Assembly: GCF_000010625.1 (NCBI RefSeq)
Contig: NC_010296.1
Location: 5,100,001-5,132,000 of the forward strand
Length of the DNA stretch: 32,000 nt
Reading direction: 5' to 3'
DNA from: Microcystis aeruginosa NIES-843
GTDB lineage: Bacteria > Cyanobacteriota > Cyanobacteriia > Cyanobacteriales > Microcystaceae
Position 1 is the stretch's first letter; the number at the start of each line of letters is the position of its first letter. The notes below the pieces were generated by a model. That model was not told the DNA's origin, searched no databases, and saw nothing but the letters and a program-made list of their open reading frames with translations. The translations under genes were made by a program, and so were the position numbers. Shown piece by piece: positions 16,557-25,631 of the stretch.

Positions 16557-17945
16557 ATGATACTACAGCCTTTTCTTTCTTCCGCTTGGAGTTTTAACAT
16601 TTCCCTGTTAGCCTCGGCAGCTACAGCCGAAACTGCCGATAGTGCCTTAGTTTTAGCCTGCGTGCTGCTGAGTTTGACCGTTATTTATTTCGCCTGTAAA
16701 CTGGGGGGAGAAATATGCGTCCGATTCAACTTGCCCCCCGTGTTAGGAGAATTAGTCGGTGGCGTGATTATCGGGGTTTCTGCCCTAAAATTACTGGTTT
16801 TTCCGGAAGGAGGGGCGGGATTCGAGGATTCTCTCCTCATTCATTTCCTACAATCCACTTCTCCCCTCACCCCGGAGGAATCTCCCGCCGTTTTTAGTGC
16901 TGCCAGTGAGGTGATTTCCGTCCTCTCGGAATTGGGGGTAATTATCCTGCTGTTCGAGATTGGTTTAGAGTCAGACTTGCAGGAATTAATTCGCGTCGGT
17001 CCACAGGCAGCTGCTGTCGCAGTGGTAGGGGTTGCGGTTCCCTTTTTGGTGGGTACTTTGGGTTTAATCTATATCTTTCATCTGGCCACCATTCCCGCTA
17101 TTTTTGCCGGGGCAGCTTTAACCGCTACCAGTATCGGCATTACCGCCAAGGTTTTAGCAGAAATAGGGCAGTTATCGGCGAAAGAAGGTCAAATTATCAT
17201 CGGGGCTGCGGTTCTCGATGATATTCTCGGTATTATCGTCCTCGCTGTCGTTGCTTCTTTGGTGAAGACTGGAGAAGTGCAAATTAGCAAAGTAATTTAT
17301 CTAGTTATTAGTTCTAGCGCTTTTGTAATCGGGGCGATCCTGATCGGTCGTTTTTTAAGCCCCTTTTACGTTCAATTAGTTAATAGCATGAAAACTAGGG
17401 GACAATTGCTCTTAGTTTCCCTGATTTTCGCCTTTATTCTTGCTTATATTGCCCAAGTTATCCAATTAGAAGCGATTCTCGGTTCCTTTGCGGCAGGCCT
17501 GGTTCTAGGGGAAACGGAAAAGCGATCGGAATTGGCAGAACAAGTGTTCCCGATCGCCGATTTATTTGTACCGATATTTTTCGTCTGTGTGGGGGCAAAA
17601 ACCGATTTAAGTGTCCTTAATCCCGCTATTCCCAGGAATCGAGAAGGATTAGTCTTGGCCGCTTTCCTAATTGTCGTCGCTATTTTGGGTAAAGTGGTGA
17701 CGGGGTTAGCCGTTTTCAGCAAGGAAAAACTCAATCGCTTGGCGATCGGAGTTGGCATGATTCCCCGGGGTGAAGTGGGTTTAGTCTTTGCCGGAGTCGG
17801 GGCTGCTAGTGGCGCTTTATCCCCCGCTGCCGATGCGGCCATTATTATGATGGTGATCTTGACTACCTTTATCGCTCCGCCCCTGTTAAGGTTAGTATTT
17901 AAAGAACCTACCGCCAGCCCTCAATCAGTGAGCAGTGAGCAGTGA
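16557..17945 (+). CDS. Cation:proton antiporter (CPA2 / NhaS3-like Na+/H+ exchanger)
   Basis: 462 aa with about 11-12 predicted TM helices. LPPVLGELVGGVIIG near the N-terminus and the overall Na_H_Exchanger-like layout support the call. Its size matches cyanobacterial NhaS3. Confidence 0.8.
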   Translation: MILQPFLSSAWSFNISLLASAATAETADSALVLACVLLSLTVIYFACKLGGEICVRFNLPPVLGELVGGVIIGVSALKLLVFPEGGAGFEDSLLIHFLQSTSPLTPEESPAVFSAASEVISVLSELGVIILLFEIGLESDLQELIRVGPQAAAVAVVGVAVPFLVGTLGLIYIFHLATIPAIFAGAALTATSIGITAKVLAEIGQLSAKEGQIIIGAAVLDDILGIIVLAVVASLVKTGEVQISKVIYLVISSSAFVIGAILIGRFLSPFYVQLVNSMKTRGQLLLVSLIFAFILAYIAQVIQLEAILGSFAAGLVLGETEKRSELAEQVFPIADLFVPIFFVCVGAKTDLSVLNPAIPRNREGLVLAAFLIVVAILGKVVTGLAVFSKEKLNRLAIGVGMIPRGEVGLVFAGVGAASGALSPAADAAIIMMVILTTFIAPPLLRLVFKEPTASPQSVSSEQ

Positions 17946-17960
17946 CCAGTGACCAGTGGC
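17926..17960 (+). repeat. Heptamer array CAGTGAS x5 spanning the antiporter stop codon
   Basis: cagtgag cagtgag cagtgac cagtgac cagtggc. The TGA stop (17943-17945) lies inside unit 3. It is followed by a duplicated agtgttaagt motif. Confidence 0.9.
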
Positions 17961-18148
17961 AGTGTTAAGTTACCAGTAGCAGTGTTAAGTGGCACTAACA
18001 GTGCCGTCTTTTCATTGATAACAAGGGCCGAATCTAAATCCTAATTTGTTAAGCTAAAAGCTTTGATGGACTTAGTTTCTAACCTTATTTTTAGGTAGGA
18101 GAATTGCCAGATTCTTTTTTGGAGCCTCTTGCCTATTACCTTCAGAAG

Positions 18149-18210
18149 CTGATAACTGATGACTGATAACTGATGACTGATAACTGATAACTGATAACTG
18201 ATAACTGATC
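18149..18210 (+). repeat. Heptamer array CTGATRA, about 9 units
   Basis: ctgataa ctgatga ctgataa ctgatga ctgataa ctgataa ctgataa ctgataa ctgatc, located 157 bp upstream of amiC. Confidence 0.95.
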
Positions 18211-18366
18211 AGAAACATAGCAGACCATGCCAACGTCCCATAAGCTTGTTTTTATTGATAGTCATTCTCAGAGCATTAACGGAGCTATGGATGGCCAAAA
18301 ATCGACAAAATTGTCCATTTTTACCGAAAAAAGGTAATTGATAACTGAGCAACGGGAGCATCGATC

Positions 18367-20265
18367 GTGAGATTTCATTGGTTATTCCTAAGCGCATTAA
18401 CTTGGTTGCTGGTGGCAGCCCCTGCTTGGGCAGGCAAGCTCGTCTTTTGGCGATTCGACACCAATGAGAATCGTCTGGTGTTCACCACCGACAATCGAGT
18501 GCAACCGCGAGCGCAAATGATCACTAACCCCACCAGGATCGTGATCGATCTGCCCGGGATCAAGTTAGGGCAACCCAATATTAACCGGCCTATTGGCAAT
18601 ATCGTCAGAAGTGTCCGTATTGGTCAATTTGATGCGGAAACTACCCGTTTAGTGATTGAATTGGCCCCAGGCTACACCTTTGATCCTCAACAGGTAAAAA
18701 TTCGCGGAATTTCGCCCACCCAATGGACAGTGGAATTGCCAGAACCCCAACCAATTAGGGAGGAAACGCAACCACCCGTCACCCCTGACCCCACACCTCC
18801 CCCCGATCGCGGTTCCACCCGTCCCACTCCCCCACCTCCAGTTAGCCAGACGGACAACAACGATGATTTTCAGGTAACTCGCAATGGTCTTTTTGTCCGT
18901 TTAGAGCAAAATGGTGATGAGCGATCGATCCGCAGTCAACGCAGCCGGGACGGCAAAAAAATCGAATTTGAATTACCCGGGGCCACTTTACCCAGTAGTC
19001 TCACCGGTCAAACTATCCCCGTCAATCGCTATGGGGTCGGCGATATTCAATTCAGTCAGACTGCCAATCAACGGGCTAAGATTTCCCTAAGTGTTAATAA
19101 AGATAGTCCCGATTGGCAAGCTCTCTATAGTCGTTTTGGTGGTTTGGTTTTACTGCCTAGGGGTGGTCTGGGTTCCGTGGATAATATCTCCTCTCCCCCC
19201 CCCACTAGCGCCACTAATCCCAATCCTCGCCCCAACAATCCCCCCCCGAAAACTGCCAATAATCCCCCTTCGAGCAATCGTTTGGCCACGATCTCCTCGA
19301 TCGATCTGGCGGGTAATAACGATCGCCTCTTAATTCGCGCGGATTTACCCCTGAAAGCTAACGGCATTGTTAACCGGGATGGTGTCTATGAACTACGCAT
19401 CGAAAATGCTAAGTTAGCCGAGTCTTTTCGCGGTCCGCGCTTCGGCCGCTATAGTCCTATCTATCAATTGCGGGTACGTCAGGAAAGCGCCAATAAGGTG
19501 CTGATTTTGGTACAGACGGCCGTGGGTTTTCAACTGGGACAATTAACTCAATCGGACAGTCAAACCCTAGCCCTAGAATTGCTTTCCTCCCGCAATTCTA
19601 GCCCCCTTTCTCAGGTTCCTGACTCCACTACTATCCCTGTTCCTTTACCCCCCAATACGGGGCAATTTAACCCACCGCCGCGCCCTTCTAACCCCACTCC
19701 TAATCCCCCCCAACAACGCAATAGCCGCTTTCTAGTGGTGATCGATCCGGGCCACGGTGGTAAGGATCCGGGGGCGATCGGAATTGGTGGCCTTCAGGAA
19801 AAAAACGTAATTCTGCCCATTTCCCTAGAAGTTACCCGCATTCTGCAACAACAGGGCATCGATGTGCGTCTCACCAGAGATAGTGATTTTTTTGTCACCC
19901 TGCAAGGTCGCACGGATCTGGCTAACCGGATCGATGCCGATCTATTTGTCAGTATCCACGCTAACTCTATGGGTAAAGCACGACCGGATGTCAATGGCCT
20001 AGAGGTGTATTACTTCGGTGATCGCCGTTTGTCGGATACCATCCATCGCAATATTGTCCGCAGTGTCGATATGCGCGATCGGGGGGTGCGTCGGGCCCGT
20101 TTCTATGTGCTGAGAACCTCCAGAATGCCCTCTACCCTCGTGGAAGTGGGTTTCGTTACCGGCGCTGAGGATGCTGCTAAATTAGCCAATGTCAACTTTC
20201 AACGACAAATGGCGGCGGCGATCGCTGGGGGGATTATTGAATATATTCAACGAAATCTCCGTTAA
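18367..20265 (+). CDS. amiC: N-acetylmuramoyl-L-alanine amidase with N-terminal AMIN domains
   Basis: 632 aa with a GTG start and a signal peptide (LLVAAPAWA|G). AMIN-like modules are separated by Pro-rich linkers. The C-terminal Amidase_3 domain reads VVIDPGHGGKDPGA...FVSIHANS...EVGFVTG. Confidence 0.9.
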   Translation: MRFHWLFLSALTWLLVAAPAWAGKLVFWRFDTNENRLVFTTDNRVQPRAQMITNPTRIVIDLPGIKLGQPNINRPIGNIVRSVRIGQFDAETTRLVIELAPGYTFDPQQVKIRGISPTQWTVELPEPQPIREETQPPVTPDPTPPPDRGSTRPTPPPPVSQTDNNDDFQVTRNGLFVRLEQNGDERSIRSQRSRDGKKIEFELPGATLPSSLTGQTIPVNRYGVGDIQFSQTANQRAKISLSVNKDSPDWQALYSRFGGLVLLPRGGLGSVDNISSPPPTSATNPNPRPNNPPPKTANNPPSSNRLATISSIDLAGNNDRLLIRADLPLKANGIVNRDGVYELRIENAKLAESFRGPRFGRYSPIYQLRVRQESANKVLILVQTAVGFQLGQLTQSDSQTLALELLSSRNSSPLSQVPDSTTIPVPLPPNTGQFNPPPRPSNPTPNPPQQRNSRFLVVIDPGHGGKDPGAIGIGGLQEKNVILPISLEVTRILQQQGIDVRLTRDSDFFVTLQGRTDLANRIDADLFVSIHANSMGKARPDVNGLEVYYFGDRRLSDTIHRNIVRSVDMRDRGVRRARFYVLRTSRMPSTLVEVGFVTGAEDAAKLANVNFQRQMAAAIAGGIIEYIQRNLR

Positions 20266-20365
20266 TGATTAAATGATTGGAGCATTAGTTTACTGATCAA
20301 AAAATCCGTGTTTTAATATCATCAAATAAAGCTATTTTAGATCAGCGTTTTCCTCGATATTATCT

Positions 20366-21217
20366 ATGAGAGAATCACAACTTAGTCCGATTGGTGTGTT
20401 TGATAGTGGCGTGGGTGGACTGACCGTTTTAAGGGAGTTGTATCGACAACTTCCCCAAGAATCGATTCTCTATTTCGCTGATACCGCTAGACTTCCCTAC
20501 GGAACCCGTTCTAAAGGGGAAATTATCGAATTTGTCCTGGAAATTCTCACTTGGATGAGCGAGCGCCGGGTGAAAATGGTGATTATGGCTTGTAATACCA
20601 GTTCCGCCTTGGCTTTAGAAGAAGTACAGGCCGAATTTAAAGATTTACCAATTTTGGGGGTAATTTTACCCGGGGCAAAAACTGCCGTGCAAAAAGGAAA
20701 GCGCATTGGGGTGATTTCTACTCCCGCTACGGCTAAAAGTAATGCCTATAAACAAGCGATTCAAGAAATCGATCCTACTGCCCAAGTTTGGCAAATTCCC
20801 TGTCCTGAATTTGTCCCTTTGATCGAGGCTAACCGCATTTTTGACCCCTACACCACACAAGTGGCTAGGGAATATCTTCAGCCTTTACTAGCAGAAAATA
20901 TTGATACTCTGGTCTATGGTTGTACCCATTATCGCCATCTTTCCCCGGTTTTACGTCGTCTTTTACCTAGTTCCGTGCGGTTGGTAGATCCCGCCGCTTC
21001 CGTTGTCCGAGCGGCGGAAAAAGAACTAGAATTATTAGGTCTAAAAAATCCCGAAACACCCCTACCTACTAACTTCGCAGTTAGCGGTGATCCTGACACT
21101 TTTGCTCGTTTATCTCGTCAATGGCTCGGTTTTTCTCCCAGGGTAGAAAAGGTTTATTTGCAATGTCGGGTGAAGACCCTCGGTTTTACCGATGGGATGA
21201 AACAAAGGCCAGTATAG
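20366..21217 (+). CDS. murI: Glutamate racemase
   Basis: 283 aa. IGVFDSGVGGLTVL...YFADTARLPYG...MACNTSS...GCTHY are the MurI catalytic Cys motifs. Confidence 0.9.
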   Translation: MRESQLSPIGVFDSGVGGLTVLRELYRQLPQESILYFADTARLPYGTRSKGEIIEFVLEILTWMSERRVKMVIMACNTSSALALEEVQAEFKDLPILGVILPGAKTAVQKGKRIGVISTPATAKSNAYKQAIQEIDPTAQVWQIPCPEFVPLIEANRIFDPYTTQVAREYLQPLLAENIDTLVYGCTHYRHLSPVLRRLLPSSVRLVDPAASVVRAAEKELELLGLKNPETPLPTNFAVSGDPDTFARLSRQWLGFSPRVEKVYLQCRVKTLGFTDGMKQRPV

Positions 21218-21501
21218 AACAGCGAACCACAGCTAAAAATAATTGTCTAGTCTCAAGAGCGAAATCTCGAATGACTTCTGACATTGTTAATGGCATTCTA
21301 GTTGCGTATTCCGAAGTGCGCTTGCTCTTCTTTTGGGGTCATTAGCCTTGGCAGTCTTTTTTCCTTTAAAGGTCTGGAAGTACTCACGAAAAATAGCTAC
21401 CATATAAGTATAGCGGCTAGGGTAAACAACCGCTTGAAAAACCCCTGTAGTCTAATCACTACGCTATCTGCACCTTGACAATCAAAGATATGGGGTTCTA
21501 C

Positions 21502-21568
21502 CTAGGGTTTGCGGCAAAAAGTTTTTCCTGGGGGCAGGGTGTGGGGTGTGGGGTGTAGGGTGTAGGGT
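21502..21568 (+). repeat. Second copy of the 32-bp core plus a G-run array
   Basis: ctagggtttgcggcaaaaagtttttcctgggg differs at 1 of 32 positions from the reverse complement of 7636-7667. It is followed by gcagggtgtggggtgtggggtgtagggtgtaggg. Confidence 0.9.
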
Positions 21569-21789
21569 TTTACCGATTTTGAGGTAGTCAGTTACCTAAT
21601 TTTCAGGGAAAAAGTCCAGGAATTTTACCCCCGATCCCTCCAATGGTCGGCACTTTTTGAGGGAAAAAAAGTCTAAAAGCCTTATCCAACAAAGTTTTTA
21701 GATTTATTCAGCAAGCCCTACCTAATGTTCTAGTTTCTACCTGTAGGTAGGTAAAATCTTTGCAGGAACTAGACAAAGCAGTATTTGAA

Positions 21790-23954
21790 CCCACATTCCG
21801 CACCCTAAGTGTCACAACGTCTCAAAAGAGGAAGGGGCGTGAGTCAAAATACTTATCTAGAGGAGTGAGTTGGCGGCAAGCTGCCGGCAACTAAGCCGAA
21901 AATTTCAGAGTTCCCCCGGTCATTCTCAATAAACAGTGCTTGTTGAGAATGACTAGGCAATCAGACTTAACATCTAGGGGGAGATGTTCCAGTTGCTCGC
22001 TTTGTTTTGTCACCCCTTGAAGTCAATCCATCTGGTCAAGATAAGAGATAATATTCCTGGCAAGGTTTGGGAAAAAATCTCAAAATGTTGCGCCTCTCAT
22101 CCGTTAAGTTGCTAATCTTTTGATTGTCTTGAATACGGACGAGATGAATCCCTTGAAAGCACTGAAATATCCAGCGTAACGTCGGTCGGTCAGTTAACTT
22201 ACCCAACGGATTTTTCAGTCCCGTCTCCTGCTGTTTTAAACTTAAACGAAGTTGTCTTTGACCAATAGTATAAACCAGCAGGCACAAGCCCATGAGCATG
22301 GCCATGACCTCGATTCTATGGGGAGATTTGAGAAAGACACTGTGGGCAAAAAAGCAGGGGTCTTTGAGAAAAGAAAATCCTCTTTCCGGAGCTTGTTGCC
22401 CTTTATATTTTTTGAGTATATCCTCACTGCTTAATCGTTGTTTCTCCAAATCGTTAGTTGCTAAAACGAATCGTCCTGCTCGTTTCTTTAGCCTCTCAAT
22501 GGCGGTCAAATTCAACTCTAATTTGGCTTGAACTTGATAGCTTTGAGAGGGTAAATCGTCTTTTGATTTGAGTTTTGACCCCTGGGACTCAGGCGGAATG
22601 AGATTGACTTTAATCTCCGTTAACTGATGAGATTTTAAGGAGTCAGATAATCCTTTGGCTATCGCCAACGCCACCGCTCTATTCTCAAATTCTCTTCGGG
22701 ATAGTTGCCGGATTTTTTCTTGGGCAGAATTCTTTTCCTGCTCGATTTTTTTCTCTAATTTTTTCAAGTCTGATTCTTGTCTAGCTTGACTTTCAACTAG
22801 CAACCATCTTTGTTCTATCCCCCCATAGTTAGAGATGGTTTCCCGCCAGGAATAACCCGGTATTTCTGAATCGGTTAACTCTTTTTCTGAGATGCTATCA
22901 ACCAACTCTTGAGCCTCTTTAATGCTTAATGGTACTCGAGACAACCAACGCATTTCTTTCATTAGTTTTAAATTCTCTTTGCTATAGAGGGCGCTATCGC
23001 CGACTATTAAACTGTCAAAGTCAACTTGTTTTTTAAATTCTCGGGCGATTTGACCAAAAACCGCTTTGTCCGCTTCATTTCCGTCCCCTACTTTCAGGAA
23101 TAAAGGTACATCTCCATCCCCACTTACGATTAAGTCAATCATAAATTGTTTTAAGTCAGGTCTTCGGTCGCGGGAGTATCCGTAGGTAATTTTTATTGGC
23201 TGTTGTCTGGTTTCAATTTCTTCTCCCACTGCTCCTGATTTCAGGATTTCTACTGTTGGGTATTCCTTTTTATATTCTCCTTCTACTGATAGAGAAGTCG
23301 AATCTAAATGGGAGTTCTCGGTTGCTACACCAAATTTTTTCACGGCGGCTAAACTGATGAGTAGGAAAATACCCGAAACATCCAGTTGATAAAGTTTGTC
23401 CATTACTCGACCAATTTTATCATCATTCAAGTGCTTGGGTTCGATGCCCTCTCCCAGCAGATGTTCGGTTGCTTTATCTTCAAAAAATTGAGGAAATAAA
23501 TACAAGGCTCGGGAGACAAATCCCAATCCATTCAGGATAATTGCTTTCACTACTTGCCCCGCTGTGACAATTTCTCCTCGCTCAATTGAGACTTGTTCGT
23601 TGATAATTTCAACGATTCCTATTTCATCGATAATTCCGGCTACTAATCCCAGATGGTCTAGATTTTTGACTTCAATTTCTGTTGATTGATTCATGGTCGA
23701 ACAGTCCACTCGCCTCAGTTTTCCAACAATTCCTATTTTTTCATAATTAGGGGTCTCAAGACCCCCCTAGCGGCCACCGAGAAAACCTTCACCAGCTAGG
23801 TATTTTTACTCAAGTCTCTGGAGGGGGACAGCTTACACCATTTTTCTTTATTCGCGTCACAACGAACACCGGCTTGGCAAGCATTCGAGCGTGGATGTCT
23901 GTCATGGATTTAGAAATTTGGTATTATGTGACAGTTGAGGGTGCGGAATGTGGG
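21790..23954 (-). mobile_element. IS1634-family insertion sequence (2165 bp), apparently intact
   Basis: Terminal inverted repeats cccacattccgcaccct (17 bp perfect, then imperfect). Flanked by the direct repeat TTTGAA (21784-21789 and 23955-23960). Single 557-aa transposase ORF. Boundaries are +/- 2 bp. Confidence 0.8.
22036..23709 (-). CDS. IS1634-family (IS4-superfamily DDE) transposase
   Basis: 557 aa. The N-terminus EVKNLDHLGLVAGIIDEIGIVEIINE...AIILNGLGF is DUF4277-like. The DDE region includes HLDSTSLSVEG...IVGDSALYS. Confidence 0.8.
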   Translation of the reverse strand: MDCSTMNQSTEIEVKNLDHLGLVAGIIDEIGIVEIINEQVSIERGEIVTAGQVVKAIILNGLGFVSRALYLFPQFFEDKATEHLLGEGIEPKHLNDDKIGRVMDKLYQLDVSGIFLLISLAAVKKFGVATENSHLDSTSLSVEGEYKKEYPTVEILKSGAVGEEIETRQQPIKITYGYSRDRRPDLKQFMIDLIVSGDGDVPLFLKVGDGNEADKAVFGQIAREFKKQVDFDSLIVGDSALYSKENLKLMKEMRWLSRVPLSIKEAQELVDSISEKELTDSEIPGYSWRETISNYGGIEQRWLLVESQARQESDLKKLEKKIEQEKNSAQEKIRQLSRREFENRAVALAIAKGLSDSLKSHQLTEIKVNLIPPESQGSKLKSKDDLPSQSYQVQAKLELNLTAIERLKKRAGRFVLATNDLEKQRLSSEDILKKYKGQQAPERGFSFLKDPCFFAHSVFLKSPHRIEVMAMLMGLCLLVYTIGQRQLRLSLKQQETGLKNPLGKLTDRPTLRWIFQCFQGIHLVRIQDNQKISNLTDERRNILRFFPKPCQEYYLLS

Positions 23955-24065
23955 TTTGAAGCTAACACTTCAATTAAAGCAAATTTTGTAGAAATACAAC
24001 TAGGGTGGGGCGCACCCAAAGTTAACGCTTGAGGAGAGAACCACCTCTGGGTTGAGAATCGCAAG

Positions 24066-24158
24066 GTAAGCTTAGACGCACTTACATTGCACTTTAATAT
24101 CCTGGAACGCCTTGTAGATAGGGATACGAGTAGGAAACTTAAATGCGTCTAAGCTTAC
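24066..24158. repeat. Perfect 15-bp inverted repeat separated by 63 nt
   Basis: gtaagcttagacgca (24066-24080) and tgcgtctaagcttac (24144-24158), in non-coding DNA between two IS elements. Confidence 0.85.
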
Positions 24159-24493
24159 TTAGTCTAAGTGGACTCGGTGAATCAAGAATCCCTCCCATGA
24201 GCGCGACGGGAGCGTCAATTGCCTGTCCCCGTTTTATAGCCGTCAGCCTTTTTCAGGGAGCAGTAATCAGTGAGCAGTAATCAGTGAAAAGACAGTAGGA
24301 AACTGCTATTTACAGCCTTTCTCGTCAAGGTGAAGCACAGACACTAATACCTGCTCATCAACTTCAGCAAATCCTAGATAAAACGTTTACATGGCAAGTA
24401 TATAAGCCCACCGCTAGGAAAGGAAGGCTAGAGTGAGTGGTTGGAGGATAATATTTGTCTATTAATTGCCCTTCTACAGCCAATTGAGTCATA

Positions 24494-25631
24494 CCATTTT
24501 TCTAAATTCCTGACAGACATAGAGCTTCTAAAATCCAAGACCATCCCGTCAAATACCCGATCGTGTCATTGGATAGAGAATTTAAAAGATGGTAAAGTTT
24601 ACTTCTTAAGTTATCAAGGGAGTTAAAATTGCCCCAGGCCAATAGGTTTTTCAAATATAGCCAAACTCTCTCAATTGGATTTACTTCTGGACAATAGGGA
24701 GGTTGATAAAATAGGATAATATTATCAGGTATTTCTAGGTCGGTCGCCGTATGTGCGGGAGCATTATCTAATTGAATAATATGTAATTCCTCAGAAAAAG
24801 CTTGAGAAAAAAGCGTTAAATATTGATTAAAACATTCCCCATCTAAATGAGAAAATTCATAGAAAAAACTGCTACCTGTTCGAGGTTCTATTAAACCATA
24901 GAGCCAGAGATATTGAAAATTATACTGAAAATTACCAAGGGGCTTTATGCCTTTAATTGTTATTTTATCTCTGACAATGGTATGACAGCCGAAGCGACTT
25001 TCATCTTGACACCAGAAGCGGACTTTTAAATATTGACTAACTTTTTCAGATTCCTTTTCTAGTAAAGCTTGTAGCTGTTCAGATAGATTATTTTGGAATA
25101 TTTTTACTTCTCCTGGTAATTGTTTTAAATTTTGAGGTCGAGCCACTTTTAATTTAGCTTGTAATTCATTTCTTACGAGACGGTAAACAGTTATATAACT
25201 GGTGGGTATTTCTAAAATAATTGATACCCAAAAATGAATTTCTTTATAACTTTGAAATCCTTCTGGGTCTTTTAATTCATTCTGAATTAGAGCGGCTTCT
25301 TCCACTGAAATCTTTTTGGGTCTTCCCAGTTTTTCTGGTTCTGACAAGAGATTTTCTATCCCTCCTTCTCGATAACAACTTAACCAGCGATGAATAGTTC
25401 TTTCTGAGCGTCCTATTAACACGGCGAGATGACGAACCGTTTCTACCTCCTTAATTTTTAGTAGATACAGGGATTGTACTTTAGCAAAGTTTAAAGAGGT
25501 TACTTGTTGCTTCAACAAGGATTTTAAGTCTTCTACTGACTCAGCAACATTAATATTAGGGACTCCACTCATTGCCTTTTTACCACACAAACTATACCTT
25601 TACCAAGTATGACATACTTTTTGAAAAATGG
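24494..25631 (-). mobile_element. IS630-family insertion sequence (1138 bp), apparently intact
   Basis: Terminal inverted repeats CCATTTTTC ... GAAAAATGG flanked by TA on each side (24492-24493 and 25632-25633), the canonical IS630/Tc1 target duplication. Confidence 0.8.
24502..25590 (-). CDS. IS630-family transposase
   Basis: 362 aa with an N-terminal HTH (RSERTIHRWLSCYREGGIENL) and DDE motifs (WCQDESRFG ... IQLDNAPAHT ... QPPYCPEVNPIERVW). Confidence 0.85.
   Translation of the reverse strand: MCGKKAMSGVPNINVAESVEDLKSLLKQQVTSLNFAKVQSLYLLKIKEVETVRHLAVLIGRSERTIHRWLSCYREGGIENLLSEPEKLGRPKKISVEEAALIQNELKDPEGFQSYKEIHFWVSIILEIPTSYITVYRLVRNELQAKLKVARPQNLKQLPGEVKIFQNNLSEQLQALLEKESEKVSQYLKVRFWCQDESRFGCHTIVRDKITIKGIKPLGNFQYNFQYLWLYGLIEPRTGSSFFYEFSHLDGECFNQYLTLFSQAFSEELHIIQLDNAPAHTATDLEIPDNIILFYQPPYCPEVNPIERVWLYLKNLLAWGNFNSLDNLRSKLYHLLNSLSNDTIGYLTGWSWILEALCLSGI

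Noticed and set aside
19091-19367. 80-aa ORFs on both strands inside amiC
   Set aside because: They are open frames created by the Pro-rich (CCN-rich) linker region of amiC.
21121-21345. 74-aa plus-strand ORF overlapping the murI 3' end
   Set aside because: It is out of frame with murI over most of its length, and its composition is not protein-like.
21287-21403. 38-aa minus-strand ORF (MVAIFREYFQTFKGKKTAKANDPKRRASALRNTQLECH) as a possible small toxin or antitoxin
   Set aside because: It has no partner ORF, no recognisable family and no RBS, and it lies in repeat-rich intergenic DNA. This is insufficient support.
24000-24235. Structured ncRNA (RNase P RNA, tmRNA, SRP RNA, cobalamin riboswitch because of GGTGAATCAAGAATCC, or retron msr/msd)
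   Set aside because: None of the conserved cores is present (the RNase P GAGGAAAGTCC box, a tmRNA tag ORF, the B12 box GCCACTG). No reverse transcriptase gene is adjacent. The 15-bp stem is mismatch-free, which is more typical of a DNA repeat.
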